Shown here piece by piece: positions 1-13,330 of a stretch of 64,000 nucleotides of DNA (its first letter is position 1; each line of letters opens with the position of its first letter). The position numbers and the translations under genes were made by a program. The notes below the pieces were generated by a model. That model was not told the origin of the DNA, did not search any database, and saw nothing but the letters and a program-made list of their open reading frames with translations. Origin of the DNA: Octopus vulgaris (lineage: Eukaryota); assembly GCA_951406725.2 (NCBI GenBank), contig OX597830.1:30504001-30568000 (forward strand), in the 5' to 3' direction.

Positions 1-79
1 TCTCGCGCGCGCTCTCTCATCCTGATTTCACGAGCTCACAATCACATACACATGCACACAAACATGCATTTATACACAC

Positions 80-113
<34 letters not shown>

Positions 114-549
114 GTGTGTGTGTGGTTGTGTACGTATATGCATAATCAAATAGTCTTCCTAATACTACTACTCCTACATTCCCCATCACCTCCGTCATCA
201 CCATCACTACCACCACCACCACCACTACTAATAATAATACTAGTAGGAGGAGGAGGAGGGGTAGGAGTAGGAGGAGGAGGGGAACAGCAGCAGCAATTAC
301 GTAGTGATGATGATGGCTGTGGTGATAATGGTAGTGGCGGTAATGGTAGTGATGGTAGTGGTAGTGGTGGTGATAGTCTGGTGGTGGTGGTGATTTTAAT
401 AGCCTCTACCACCTTTTAACTTCACAGTCTCTACTGACTATTATTGTCACTAAATAACCAATAATGCAACCACCACAACTACCACCAGAACCACCACCAC
501 CACCCCAACAACTACCACTACCTGCACGATCTTCACCATATACAGACAC

Positions 550-712
550 TAGGTATTAGCACAAATCACACCCTTCCGTCTTACAAGAGGAAGAAGACAC
601 ATTCTACAGTGTACGATTGAATAAAAAGACAGATTTGGTTTACCGTTAGCCGGTTTTTGATCATACGTCGTCTGCTCGATCGGAACAGGCCCAGGGCTAA
701 ACAGCAGCCATG
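550..712 (+). mobile_element. Old dispersed repeat (SINE-E, 3' part)
   Basis: Motifs caaatcacaccc...gatcata...ctgctcgatc...gggctaaacagc; similar diverged copies at ~25830-26040(-), 27700-27915(-), 41300-41400(-), 46195-46255(-), 59410-59630(+). Confidence 0.6.
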
Positions 713-729
713 CACATCCACTTATCTTT

Positions 730-960
730 TATCTTTTACTTGTTTCAGTCATTTGATTGCGGCCATGCTGGGGCACCGCCTTGAAGAAATTTTTTTTTTC
801 TAGTCGGACAAATCGACTGTAGGAATTACTTTTTTTTTTTAAGCCTAGCACTAATTCTATAGGTCTCTTTTGCCGAACTGCTATTGTTACGGGGCCGTAA
901 ACACACCAACACCGGTTGTCAAGTAGTGGTGGTGGGAGTCAAACACAGGAGCAAAGACAT
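730..960 (-). mobile_element. SINE-A 3' half; further tail fragment at 1203-1281
   Basis: Reverse complement of the SINE-A tail (ggcggtgctccagcatggccgcagtcaaatgactgaaacaagtaaaaga). Confidence 0.85.
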
Positions 961-994
961 ACATACGTAGATGTATACATATGCATGTGTGTAT

Positions 995-1175
995 GGTTTT
1001 TTTCCTCTGTCTTCCCTTCTCTGGATCTTTCCTTCTCCTATGTTTCCGACGAAGAGCTCCGCTCGAAACGTTAAACCCTCCTTCTTCCCTTCTTTCCTGA
1101 GCGTCCAATAATACTTTATTTGTTCCACGTCCTCGCGTTGTTGTGTTATTTTGTATTTTCTTGTTTGGATTAACT
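995..1175 (+). mobile_element. Penelope-like element 3' end with minimal HHR (~1042-1076)
   Basis: gttt-CCGACGA-a-gagc-tcc-gctc-GAAA-cgtt-aaac followed by ttcctgagcg..aata tail shared with the 40512 copy; ends in (TA)n. Confidence 0.7.
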
Positions 1176-2589
1176 ATATATATATATATATGTCCTTTTA
1201 ATATTTTACTTGTTTCAGTCATTTGACTGTTGCCATGATAGGGCACCGCCTTTAGTCGAGCAAATCGACCCCAGGACTTAGTAGAGATTGTTCTTTGTGG
1301 CTAATGGCGTGAGTCCTGATTGGAAGAAGAAGACTGCAACACCATTAGTTCTCTCCTTCTTTTAACATTACCATTGCAGCTACTGTACTACTACGTACAC
1401 TTAACAGAAACCGCACAGGTGACTGCTAAGCCTGTTACACTAATGCCACTAAATAAAAAAAATTTTTAACCACACGGCCATACTTACACATCTTTTGTCT
1501 TTTGTTTTTTTGTTTTATTTGTTTTTTTGTTTTATTTGTTTCAGTGATTTGACTGCGATTGAAAAACAACCCATGACATCGGTACGATTTGAACTCTGAA
1601 AGTATAGACTCAGATCAAATACCACAATAAATCAATCCGAAACCGTTACGACTAAGCCACTTCACCACCATTACTTGACTCACACCACCTCACACGTCAC
1701 ACCTTCACATACACACACACACACTACTACACCACCACCACCACCACACCACCACATCCACCTACACCATCATCATCACCACTACCATCACCACTACCAT
1801 CACCACCATCACCACTACCACCAGCAACAAGGAGGTTGCTAGGAAAGAAATTACATTCTGGTACAATAGGGAATGTTTAATATATGTATATGTGTGTGAG
1901 TGTGTGTGTGCGTGTATGCTTGTATGTTTGTGTACTGGCGTATATACATACATATATTTATGCGTGTGCATATAAGACTCTATATATATATCTGCAGGAA
2001 TACACACATATGCACACACACACATACACACACATACACACGCACGCGGATACACACACACACACATATATATATATGTATATATTTACACACACCCATA
2101 TATACACAAACATATATATATATAGTTACGCACACACTGAGGCACACACACACACACACATATACATATACACGCGCGCGAATACAAACACACACACACT
2201 ACATATGTATATATTTACGCACACACTGAGGCACACACACACACACACACATATACATATACACGCGCGCGAATACAAACACACACACACTACATATGTA
2301 TATATACACACACGCGCGCCCGCGGATACACACACACACACACACACACGGATTGATAGAGTGCTGAGTTTTGATTTATTACTCTGATAGGTTAGTCTAT
2401 GGTGAGGTTACGGTAGGACATGGTTGGAGGTAGGGGCGGGCACTGTGTCCAGTGATCGCTCAAGGCCTAGCAACGCAGGCAGCGATAACAATAATAATAA
2501 TAATAATGATAATAATAATAATAATAACAACAGCAACAACAGGAAGAACAACAGTGGCAATGCCGACGACGGGAACGTCTCTAAAGACG

Positions 2590-2873
2590 AAGAAGAAGAA
2601 GAAGAAGAAGAAGAAGAAGAAGAAGAAGAAGAAGAAGAAGAAGAAGAAGAAGAAGAAGAAGAAGAAGAAGAAGAAGAAGAAAAAGAAGAAGAAGAAGAAG
2701 AAAAAGAAGAAAAAGAAGAAGAAGAAGAAGAAGAAGAAGAAGAAGAAGAAGAAGAAGAAGAAGAAGAAGAAGAAGAAGAAGAAGGAAAAGAAGAAGAAGA
2801 AGAAAAAGAAGAAGAAGAAGAAAAAGAAGAAAAAGAAAAAGAAGGAGAAGAAGACGAAGAAGAAGAAGAAGAA
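2590..2873 (+). repeat. (GAA)n polypurine tract, ~280 bp
   Basis: Directly visible. Confidence 0.97.
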
Positions 2874-3101
2874 ATTGTCAGTGTTGATGATGATTGTGGT
2901 GGTGGTGGTGGTGGTGGTGGTGGTGGTTATGGTGCTGGTGGAGATGGTGATGCTGGTTGCGGTGGTAGTGGTAGTGGTAACGCTGGTGTCGGAAGAATCT
3001 GGAATAACACAAAGGTCAGTGAACGAGGTGACCACCACTACCAACAATAATAACACAGCCACCAGCACTACCAACACCACAACTGTTACTAATACTACTA
3101 T

Positions 3102-3162
<61 letters not shown>

Positions 3163-3463
3163 GCTGCTGCTACTACTGTTACTGCTGTAACACATAACAG
3201 AAGAAATGAAAGAATGACCACTATCACCACCACCACCTCTACCACCATCACCACCACCACCAACAACAACAATAGCAAAGTGAATGAAAGCGATGAAAAT
3301 AGCAAAAACAAAGGGATGACCTCTAACTACAACAACAACCACAAATTTGATACAAGTCCTCGATCGAGGATAAATAGAACCAATGACAGAGATCCTTAAT
3401 CGAGCTTGCTCGACCGAACAGAGACAATAGTCAAATATACCTTACTAGCGGAACCCGTAAATA

Positions 3464-4196
3464 TTAGGTTTTCCGGAAAGTTCGTGCCGATTTATAGTAG
3501 CTTACCTTTCGACGTATTTTAGAACATGGTTCCGCCGAGGTCGACTTTACCTTCCATCCTTTCGAGGTCGATAAATAAAGTACCAGTTAGGCACTGGGGT
3601 CGATGTAATCGACTTAATCCCTTTGTCTGTCCTTGTTTGTCCCCTCTATGTTTAGCCCCTTGTGGGCAATAAAGAAATATATTTTAGGACATGGTTGAGT
3701 CCATGAAATATGATTTGACTCCACCTGCATTTAGAGCAAAGTTTAAGCTATCTTTTCGTGGGAGAAGGTTTATGTTCCTTTAATTTGTGTTAATTCTGTA
3801 ACACTTTAAAATGGAAGATAAGAAAGTTCATTTTCGGTACTTGATGCTTTAGGAACCAGACAAAAATTGCTGCAGCGCAGCTGGGATGTGTTACCCCACT
3901 CTCCATATTCACCAGATATTGCTCCTTCGGATTTCCGCTTATTTACAGGTCTCTGCAGAACAGGTTTAATAGTAAAAATTTCAATTCCTTGGATGACATA
4001 AAAAGATACTTTGATGAATTCTTTGCCATGAAACCACCTCAATTCTGGTAAGAGGATGTTTTCAAGTTAAAGGAAAGATGGAGACGCATTGTGCAACAAA
4101 ATGGTCCATATTTGGTTGATTAAAAATGTAATGGCAAGTATTTATTGACCTTTTTCTTTCCTTTAAAAATCGGCACGAACTTTCCGGACAACCCAA
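3464..4196 (+). mobile_element. Internally deleted mariner (non-autonomous)
   Basis: 30-bp TIRs 3464-3493 and 4167-4196 (2 mismatches), TA on both flanks; transposase N-terminus MEDKKVHFRYLML (ATG 3811) joined to C-terminal QKLLQRSWDVLPHSPYSPDIAPSDFRLF motif with frameshift. Confidence 0.93.
3531..3679 (+). mobile_element. 5'-truncated SINE-B inserted in the mariner
   Basis: Core gtcgactttaccttccatcctttcgaggtcgataaataaagtaccag; 16-bp TSD tattttag(a/g)acatggt at 3515-3530 and 3680-3695. Confidence 0.92.
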
Positions 4197-4514
4197 TATT
4201 TTACGGAATAATTGGCAAACTTATTGGGTTATTTTCGAAAATGTTATCCAAAAAGCCTCAAAACGTAGCCTGTATTGCATCTGTATCAAAAAATAGTTGT
4301 TCATCTGCAAATCATTGAAAAGTGAAGGAAATTGGAATACGATGATTACTTAATGCACTTTATATATACATTTTATATACTTTATGCACAATTTTATAGA
4401 CTTGATACACAGCAATCTCTCTCTCTTTCTCGCTTACTCTTCAACTTACCCTCTTTTTGTCTCTTTTCTTTTTCTTTCTTCCTGGTTTTCTCTCGCTCTT
4501 TATCAAATAGAAGT

Positions 4515-4790
4515 GTTACAGACGGGCTAAGTAACGGAGCAACAAAAAAACTTAGTTCAAAAGAAGAAGAAGTTTCACATTTCACTCACCACCATCTCTC
4601 CCCTTCAACTAGTCACGTGAAAGTCGAACGGACGGACTAAGTAACGGAGCAAAAAGAAAAAAAACTTAGTTGGAAGCAAAAATTACACATTTCACTCACC
4701 ACCACCTCTCCCTCCTCTCCTCCCTCTCCCTATTCCCTCCCCTTCAACTAATCACGTGAAAGCGTTACGGACAGGCTAAGTAACGGGGGA
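4515..4790. repeat. Tandem repeat of ~110-140 bp units (2.2 copies)
   Basis: Anchor gac(g/a)g(g/a)ctaagtaacgg at 4521, 4631, 4770; shared cacatttcactcaccacc and ccccttcaacta.tcacgtgaaag. Confidence 0.85.
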
Positions 4791-5272
4791 ACAAGCAGAA
4801 TGTTACACCTTAAATGTCTTAGAAAAGAAGAACGCAAACTATACATTGGTGTTGGGGAAAAAGATTACATGGGCTTGGTTGGAAGGTCTTTTGGTCATAA
4901 ATCCGCTGGATCACAGCTGATCTGGGGTTAATCAACATCAGCCTCAACAGAAACCGTGACAGCAGCAGCAGCACGAATGTGAACAATAATGGTTGTGTGC
5001 TGGTATAATCACAAAAATCTTGGTTTTCAAGATAAAGTGATATAGGAACAGAAAGTGTTGACAATATGAGTATTTAATGGGTTGGTGTAAATGAGGATTG
5101 AAATCCGATCGCACAAAGCCCGCCCCTAACGAAACAAATGCATATCAAACCAACGAGAAAGTTTCTTTACACATTTATATCTTATCAAAGTGCCTAAATA
5201 AAATAAGAATAAAAGGGTTCCATAGACAAAAAAATGGTTAAAAGACACTGTTTTAAACATTTGCCAAATTTA

Positions 5273-5440
5273 CGCAGGCGTGGTTGTGTGGTAAGTAGCT
5301 TGCTTTCCAACCACATGGTCCCGGGTTCAGTCTCACTGCGTGCAACCTTGAGCAAGTGTCTTCTACTATAGTCTCGGGCCGACCAAAGCCTTATGAGTGG
5401 ATTTGGTGGACGAAAACAGAAAGACCCCGTCGTATATATG

Positions 5441-5483
<43 letters not shown>

Positions 5484-5682
5484 TTGTGTGTCTTTGTCTC
5501 TCTCCCAACATCGCTTGACAACCGATGGTGGGGTGTTTGCGTCCCTGTAACTTAGCTGTTCGGGAAAAGAGAACCGATAGAAAAAGTACTAGGCTTGCAA
5601 AAATACGTCCTGGGGTCGATCTGCTCGACTAAAGGCTATGCTCCAGCATGGCCGCAGTCAAATGACTGAAATAAGTAAAGAG
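5273..5682 (+). mobile_element. Full-length SINE-A (tRNA-derived head, central (TA)/(TG)n)
   Basis: A-box tggttgtgtggtaag, B-box gggttcagtc, conserved body and tail; many copies in window. Confidence 0.92.
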
Positions 5683-6019
5683 AAAGTTGGCCTGTCTACA
5701 GAACAGTCATTTCTTCATTGTTTTTTTTTTTTTTTTGACTCTATAGATGCTGTGTCGCCAAGTTGTTCAGAAGTTCGATTAAGAATCTTGTGTGTCTTTT
5801 TCTTTTTCTTTTTCTATTTTTTTTTTTTTTTTTGTCAAAAGCCATGAGTTGATTCAAGTGTTGGGAGTGAGGTTAGATAGAGAAGGCAGCAAGATTGTGC
5901 ACCTAATTTAAAAGTCGAGAATGGCGCACACGCTGTGTCACGCTAATTCTGCTTGAGTTATACGTTCAAGGCCCATGTGTCGATGGAACGGTGGAGCCAC
6001 TAGGATACTGATTCAACGA

Positions 6020-6370
6020 GCAGGAAATTCACTTGACTGAGACATTGAATATTCCCTACATTGTTTACATATTCACATATGTGTCCTCATCTTGAGTAAT
6101 GTTTAAGTGCGCGGGCTACTAAACCAAGGATTGCGAGTTCAATACCAGGCAATGCCTTGAATAAATAATTCAATTTATATTGAATAAATAAATTTATATT
6201 GAATAAATAAAAAGTAATTCAGTTGACTGAGCAATAGAATATTCCCTACATTATTTACATATTTAGATATGTGCTCTCATCTTATGTAATGGTTAAGAGC
6301 GCAAAGATTGCGAGTTCAATTCCAGGCAATGCCTTGAATAAATAATAATAATAATAATAATAATAGTAAA

Positions 6371-6425
<55 letters not shown>

Positions 6426-6614
6426 TCAGCAAAAATACCATAGGAATGAGAACCCAGGGTTGTGTTCAAAATTCTACTAGAGCACTTGATGAAGGCTGGA
6501 GAGTAAATCAACCGAAACGTTGTGGTGACAACAAACAAGATGAGGACACGTAGCTGACCAAAGTAAATAACGTCAATAATCTGCAGAATTCCTCATCTCT
6601 AAAATATAGAACTG
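6020..6614 (+). mobile_element. tRNA-headed, HHR-bearing element with duplicated head and inverted 5' segment
   Basis: tRNA-like heads 6094-6160 and 6286-6337, (AAT)n 6341-6423, HHR-like 6483-6524, 3' end cctcatctctaaaatatagaactg; homologous copy at 41492-41735(-). Confidence 0.75.
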
Positions 6615-7514
6615 AATATTCACTGTTATAACTAAAGGAAATCGATTTTTATTTCTTTCACTCTTATAATTTTACTTCACTTAAGTTTTATTGAGTTTTA
6701 GAAGTGTTGTAACTTTGGCCAGATTCAAGATTCACGGTGTTTGTGAAGTTTGATTTTGACTGGCTCTCGACACTTTTCGTTAGGGATGTTCCTATTAATT
6801 AGGTTTGGGGTGAAAATAATGCTCTATGCGGAAAGTCTTTGGTTTTTGCTTTGCCTTCTTCTCATTTTCTGTGTCGTTTTTGATGGCAGTTCTTCGAGAT
6901 AAATCTAAAGAGAGATCTTGCTTGGTAGTGCAGAGTGGCGTAAAATATTTGCTACGTAGTGTAGTATGCCCGTCATTTTAGTTACTTAGTGTTACTAACA
7001 ACTTTATATAGTACTACCATTGCTACTCTTTGAATGGGTAATAGTCTTGTTGCTCTTATTGCAAATGTTGATATTGCTAGACATAGCAATTGTTAATTCT
7101 CTTGAGATTAATGTTGTTGTTGCTGTTGTTGTTGTTGTTGATGGTGATGGTGATGGTGATGCTGTTGTTTTCGCTGCCACTGTTGTTTCGGTTCTCGGTG
7201 TTGTTAATGTGGTTAGTGTTACTGTTACGGTCGTTGTTGCAACAGTCACACTTGATACTAAAATTGCAATTGATGTCCGTGTCGTCATCGCCATCGTCAT
7301 CGCTGTTGTCGCTACCACCTCCGTCTTCCTCGTCGTGGTTGTGTATCCAATTATCAGCTGTAATGGACAAGTGTTTCTTACGATAAGCAAGTAATCTGCC
7401 GGATAACTAGGTACAAGTCAAACATCAGATGGTGGCTGGCGAATCCAGTTGTACCACCTCTTAACCTAAGTGAGGCCCACACTGTATGCTTTGTCACGCG
7501 GTAGCCAATAGTGG

Positions 7515-7878
7515 CCCACCGTCGGTTATGGCGACGAGGGTCCCAGTTGATCCGATTAAGGGAACAGCCTGCTCATGAAATTAACGTGCAAGTGGGTGGG
7601 CAGTCCACTGACACGTGTACCCTTAACGTAGCTCTCGTCGGGGAGATTCAGCGTGACACAGAGTGTGAAGAAGCTGGCTCTTTGAAATATAAGTACAATA
7701 GAAAACAGGAAGAACGACTGAGAGAAAGTTGTGGTGAAAGAATACAGCAGGATTCGCCACCCCACCCCGCCGGAGACTCGTGGAGCTTGTAGGTGCTTTC
7801 GCTCAAAAAACACTCAAAGCGCCCGGTCTGGGAATCGAAACCGCGAGTCCGCTGACCTAACCACTGGGTCATTGCGCA
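7515..7878 (-). mobile_element. SINE-C (tRNA-derived), plus partial copy 7930-8025
   Basis: Reverse complement of the intact copy at 36019-36403. Confidence 0.88.
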
Positions 7879-8219
7879 ATCACGGGCAATAGTATGCCGT
7901 GCAGTTTAAGAAAATGAACATGTTGCGCGCCACCCCGACCTGCCGGAGCCTCATGGAGCTTTTAGGCATTTTCGCTCAATAAACACTCACAACGCCTGAT
8001 CTGGGAATCGAAATTGCGATCCTACGGTGGACTTGGTCGCAGTTCAACAGCTGTCGTTCCTCTACCTTAGTGATTCAACTATTTTTTGGGGGGGGGGGGG
8101 GACACCTTTGATTCCGGTGGACCCTCCTAGCTGTTCGAGGCTTTAAAAAATCCTCTTATATTTTTATTAAAAAATATCATTAACAACTGTATAAAGAAAA
8201 AAATTGCAAAATTTTTTTA

Positions 8220-8585
8220 GCTGTGAGGTAAGCTTGCTTCCCAGTCACATGGTTCCGGGTTCAGTCCCACAGCGTGCCATCTTGGTCAAGTGTCTTCTAC
8301 TATAGTCTCGGGTCGACCAAATTTTGTGAGTGGATTTGTTAGACAGAAGCTATAAGAAGCCCATCGCGTATGTGTGTGTGTGTGTTCGAGTTTGTGTTTG
8401 TACCCCATCGCCGCTTGACAACTAATGTTGCTGTGTTTACATCCCCGCAACTTAGCAGTTCGGCAAAAGAGACCGATTGAATAATACCAGGCCTAAAAGA
8501 AATTGATTCATTCGAGTAAATGTTGTTCAAGGCGGTGCTCCAGCATGGGGGCAATCTAATGACTGAAACAAGCAAAAGATAAAAA
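8220..8585 (+). mobile_element. SINE-A
   Basis: Head, body and tail match 5273-5682. Confidence 0.88.
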
Positions 8586-8899
8586 GTTGTACAAGTATAA
8601 GTAACTTTAACAACCGAATCATATATCAAACCACACCAGCACCAACGGTCTTATGGGCCCCAGTTCAGAACCACCGCCCATCATTCATTGCTAGTTGTGT
8701 GCATTACAAGATCCTCCACACGGCCACTCCGCTCCTCCAGGATTCAGGTTAATGTTTAGATTAATATCTTTAAGGTTTTATAGATGGATTATTTTACAAG
8801 CTGGGTGCTTGGACTTGTGGTCATTGACTGCATTGTTATTCATTTGTTATTCTTCTTGATGCTGTGGTTGTTGTTCTTCGTCTTGCTGATCTTAGCTTT

Positions 8900-9409
8900 T
8901 ATTTTCTATCACTTATTTGTTTTGGTCATTAGACTGCGGCCATGCTGGGGCACCGGCTTCGAGAACCTTTAGTCGAATGAATCGACCCTCAGTACTAATT
9001 TGTTTTGTTTTCTTTTGCTTTTTTTTTTCTTTCTTTCAGCTTGTTACTTATTATATCTGACTCTTTTTGCCGGACTGCTAAATCATGGGGATGTAAACAA
9101 ACCAACGCCAGGTGTCAAGCAGTGGGGCGGGAGGGAACAAGCACAAACACAAAAGCATACACGCACACTCACATACACACACACACTTACTCTTTTTACT
9201 CTTTTGTTTCAGTCATTTGACTGCGGCCATGCTAGAGCACCGCACTTTTAGTCGAAGAAATCGACCCCTGGAATTATTGTTTGTAAGCCTAGTACTTATT
9301 CTATCGGCCTCTTTTGTCGAACCGCTAAGTAACGGTGACGTAAACACTCCAACACCAGTAGTCAAGCGATGGTGAGAGGACAAACACTAACACACACACA
9401 CACACACAC

Positions 9410-9461
<52 letters not shown>

Positions 9462-9817
9462 GACGGGGTTCTTTCAGTTTCCGTCTACCAAATCCACTGA
9501 CAAGGTATTGGTCGGCCCAAGGTTGTAGAACAAGATACTTCCCGAAAGTGCCACGCAGTGGGCTGAACCCTGAACCATGTGGTTAGAAAGGAAAGCAAGC
9601 TTCTTAACACGCAGCCACTATCTTTTACCTTTTACTTGTTTCAGTCATTTACTTGCGGCCAAGCCGGAGCACCGGCTTGAAGAACTTTTAGTCAAATGAA
9701 AGGACCCCGGTACTTTCTTTTTTCATTGTCTTTAAGCCTTCTGCTAATTATATCGATCTCTTTGACGAACTGCTATGTTGCGGGGACGTAAACACAGGTT
9801 GTCAAGCGGTAGCAAGG

Positions 9818-9905
<88 letters not shown>

Positions 9906-10080
9906 GGCAGTCCACTTTCAGTTTCCGTCTACCAAATCCATTCACAACCCTTTGGTTTGTCCTAGTCTATAGTAGTAGAAAACACTTGCCCAAGGTGCCA
10001 TGCAGTGAAATTGAACCCGGAACTATGTGGTTGGTTGGGTGGAAAGCAAGCTTTTTACCGCATAGCCACGCCTACGCCTA
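8900..10080 (-). mobile_element. Three tandem SINE-A copies (8900-9180 partial, 9190-9620, 9620-10080)
   Basis: Repeated reverse-complement tail ttgtttcagtcatt..gcggcc and heads gaaccatgtggtt. Confidence 0.88.
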
Positions 10081-10658
10081 CAAAAGTATTAAGGTCTCAC
10101 CGAGATTTTGCTTCTTATAACTTTTTTTTACTTTTCTTTTGCTCTCGTTTTTGTTTCGATTTCTTAATTTCTTTTTTTATTTAGTAGTTGGTGATGATGT
10201 AGCTATTATGGCGGGTTTTTTGCCTCTATTAATGTTGCTGCGTTTGATAACGTTCACGTTGTTATTGCGGGCTGCTGTTGCTCACTCACTACCATTCTTG
10301 CTGTTGTTATTTTTCCTTATTGCTGCTACTCTTTCTGTGGTTTATGTTGTTATTATTATTGTAATAATTATTATTATTATTATTTTCGTTGTTGTCTTTA
10401 TTACTGTCGTTGTCTTATTCCGTATTGTTGCTGTTGTTGTTGTCATCGTCATCTACGGTATATAACATTCATGAGTGATTTTTATCACTCAAATGCCCAA
10501 CATAAATCTCGTTGCCAATTGAAAAGTGAAATATAAGCCGTGATTTACTTCCATGGGAAAAAAAAACAGCTTCCTTTCACTATCTTCAATCTTCGCCATA
10601 TTCCATCAGTTCTAGCGAAAGAGAAAAAAAAAGCTATATACATACATAAAAACATACA

Positions 10659-10773
<115 letters not shown>

Positions 10774-10982
10774 GCACAAACTCATATATATGCACGTAAT
10801 AAAAAGTATAATAATAATAATAATAAATGAAAAATTAATTTCTTTTTTTTATCTATTTATCTAAGTGTGAGTACTACCTACCAACTTGTCTTCATTTGTT
10901 TCGTACATCACACATATTCACGCTCACACTCATACTCTCTCACCCCCTCTTTCTTTCTCTCTCTCATTCGGACTGCTACTCA

Positions 10983-11015
<33 letters not shown>

Positions 11016-11384
11016 GGTCTCTATCTCTATCTTTCTATCTATCTATATAAAGTCATTGCTCCCTCTTAGCGGTTTCCTTATCTTTCCAGAATACATATGC
11101 ATTCTCGTCCATAAATATAATATAATGAAAAAATATTTACGTATGTGTATGTATTCGAAGTGCTTGTGTCTATAAATGTGTGTGTGTGTGTGTGTGTGTG
11201 TCGGAGGGGGAATGTTAATGTTGATGTGGGTTCGATGAGTTTTACAAACGTGACAATAAAAAGCAATAGATATATAACAGAGGTGATTCGTTTCAAAGAC
11301 GTAAATGAGCCACTCCGTCACTAATCCAAGCAACTTGGTCTTTAATTACTTTTCAAGAAAGGGAAAACTCGTAATTAAGAATAA

Positions 11385-11543
11385 GCAAGGGTCCTCAATC
11401 ACATGGTTACAGGTTCAATCCCACTGTGTCGTGGTATCTTGAACAAGTGTCTTTTACTTTAGCCTCAGACCGACCAAAGACTTCTGAGTAGATTTGGTAG
11501 ACGGAAACTGAAAGTAGCTTGACATGTGTGTTTGCATGTGCGA

Positions 11544-11620
<77 letters not shown>

Positions 11621-11774
11621 TATGTATATATATATAATTGATAATAGTATATTAAATTAATAATAATAATGTATGATTTAATGTATAAATTACCTATAAA
11701 TTTTTATAGCATGTTGCCTTCTTGATAGAAATCATATTAATGATTTTTATCCTTATATTCTTTTATGAATTTAC

Positions 11775-11839
<65 letters not shown>

Positions 11840-12118
11840 TGTGTTTATGTATATATATATATATATATATGTGTATGTGTATATATATATGTATGTACAT
11901 GTATATGTATATATGTATATACCGAAGAGTGTAACATTGTCTGTGTCTTCCCCTCGTCACCGTTTGACAACCAGTGTTAGTATGTTTACGCACCCATAAC
12001 TTTGCTATTTGACAAAAGAGACCGATAGAATAAGTACTAGTCTTGAAAAAGTCCTGTGATCGATTTGTTCGACTAAAACCCTTCAAGGCGGTGCTCCAGC
12101 ATGGCTGAGTAAAAGAAT
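11385..12118 (+). mobile_element. SINE-A with expanded centre and AT-rich insert (~11635-11772)
   Basis: 5' half 11385-11520, 3' half 11940-12118. Confidence 0.82.
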
Positions 12119-12141
12119 ATGTATACACACACACACGCGCG

Positions 12142-12189
<48 letters not shown>

Positions 12190-12192
<3 letters not shown>

Positions 12193-12683
12193 GGAATTTA
12201 CCAAAATAAAAAGCAAAAGACGAAGACAGGTGTGTAAACAACAAACAGGTGTATTAGTTTAACGCTCGAGAAGGTGAGAAAGTCTTTTGCGTTTCTATCC
12301 TACGCACTTCAACAGGAAGGAAAAGAAAAAAACTAAACAGAGAGAGAATAAAAAAAGCTTTGGTGGCTAGCGGTCAATCATGGTGATAGCCGGACAGAGG
12401 TGGCCAGACAGGAGAGCTAGGAAGAAGGGGAGATAATAAAGTAGTGGTGATCCCAAAACGAAGGTGCGCATGAGTGTGTGTGCGTGTGGATAGGGGTTGG
12501 TGACCTGGACATGTGGGTGTGTGCATATGTAGGTGTGTGGATGATGGTGTGGGTGCTGAGAAGTGGTCAGTGCTAGTGTGTGCGGGGTGGTGTGATGTGG
12601 TGTGACGTGGTATGGTGGTGTGTGGTGTGTGTGGCGTGGGTGCTGGGAAGTGGTGAATGCTAATGTGTGCAGGGTGGTGCGAT
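12190..12683 (-). mobile_element. Penelope-like (Neptune-type) 3' region with decayed HHR (~12283-12320)
   Basis: Homologous to 61288-61890 and 40340-40647; flanked by (TA)n. Confidence 0.78.
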
Positions 12684-12719
12684 ATATACATTCATATATA
12701 TATTCATTCATATATATAT

Positions 12720-13103
12720 TTTTTGTTTCAGTCATTTGACTGCGGCCATGCTGGAGCACCGCCTTTAGTCGAGCGAATCGACCCCAGGACTTATTCTTTG
12801 TAAGCCTAGTACTTATTCTATCGGTCTCTCTTGCTGAACCGCTAGGTTACGGGGATGTAAATACACCAGCATGTGTTGTCAAGCGATGTTGTGGGAAAAA
12901 CACAAACACACAGACACACACACACATACACATATATATATACATATACGACGGGCCTCTTTTCAGTTTCCATCTACCAAATCCACTCACAAGGCTTTGG
13001 TCGGCCCGAGGCTATAGTAGAAGACACTTGCCTAAGGTGCCACGCAGTGGGACTGAACCCGGAATCATGTGGTTGGTAAGCAAGCTCCTTACCACACAGC
13101 CAT
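12720..13103 (-). mobile_element. Full-length young SINE-A
   Basis: Near-consensus reverse complement. Confidence 0.92.
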
Positions 13104-13154
13104 ATATATGAAAGAAGGAAGCATGCAAAAGGTTTAATAGAAGTTACAGATGTC

Positions 13155-13330
13155 AGTTTCAAATTTTAGCACAAGGTGAGCAACTTTAGGGGTGGAGGTA
13201 AATCGATTACATCGATCCCCTACACTTATTTTATTGACTCCCGCTGAATACAAGTTCAGAACCTAAAGACGGGCGAAATGCTGCTAAGCAATTTACCTGG
13301 CGTGCAAACGATTCACCCAGCTCCCTAGCT
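13155..13330 (-). mobile_element. Diverged SINE-B
   Basis: tcgattacatcgat, gttcagaac, gctaagca..gcgtgc..aacgattc motifs. Confidence 0.7.

Noticed and set aside
2424-3399. Long ORFs (poly-E, poly-K, poly-T)
   Set aside because: Translations of (GAA)n, (AAT)n, (GGT)n and (ACT)n; open in several frames and both strands.
4515-4790. CRISPR-like repeat-spacer array
   Set aside because: Inter-anchor sequences are homologous to each other (tandem duplication); eukaryotic context, no cas genes.
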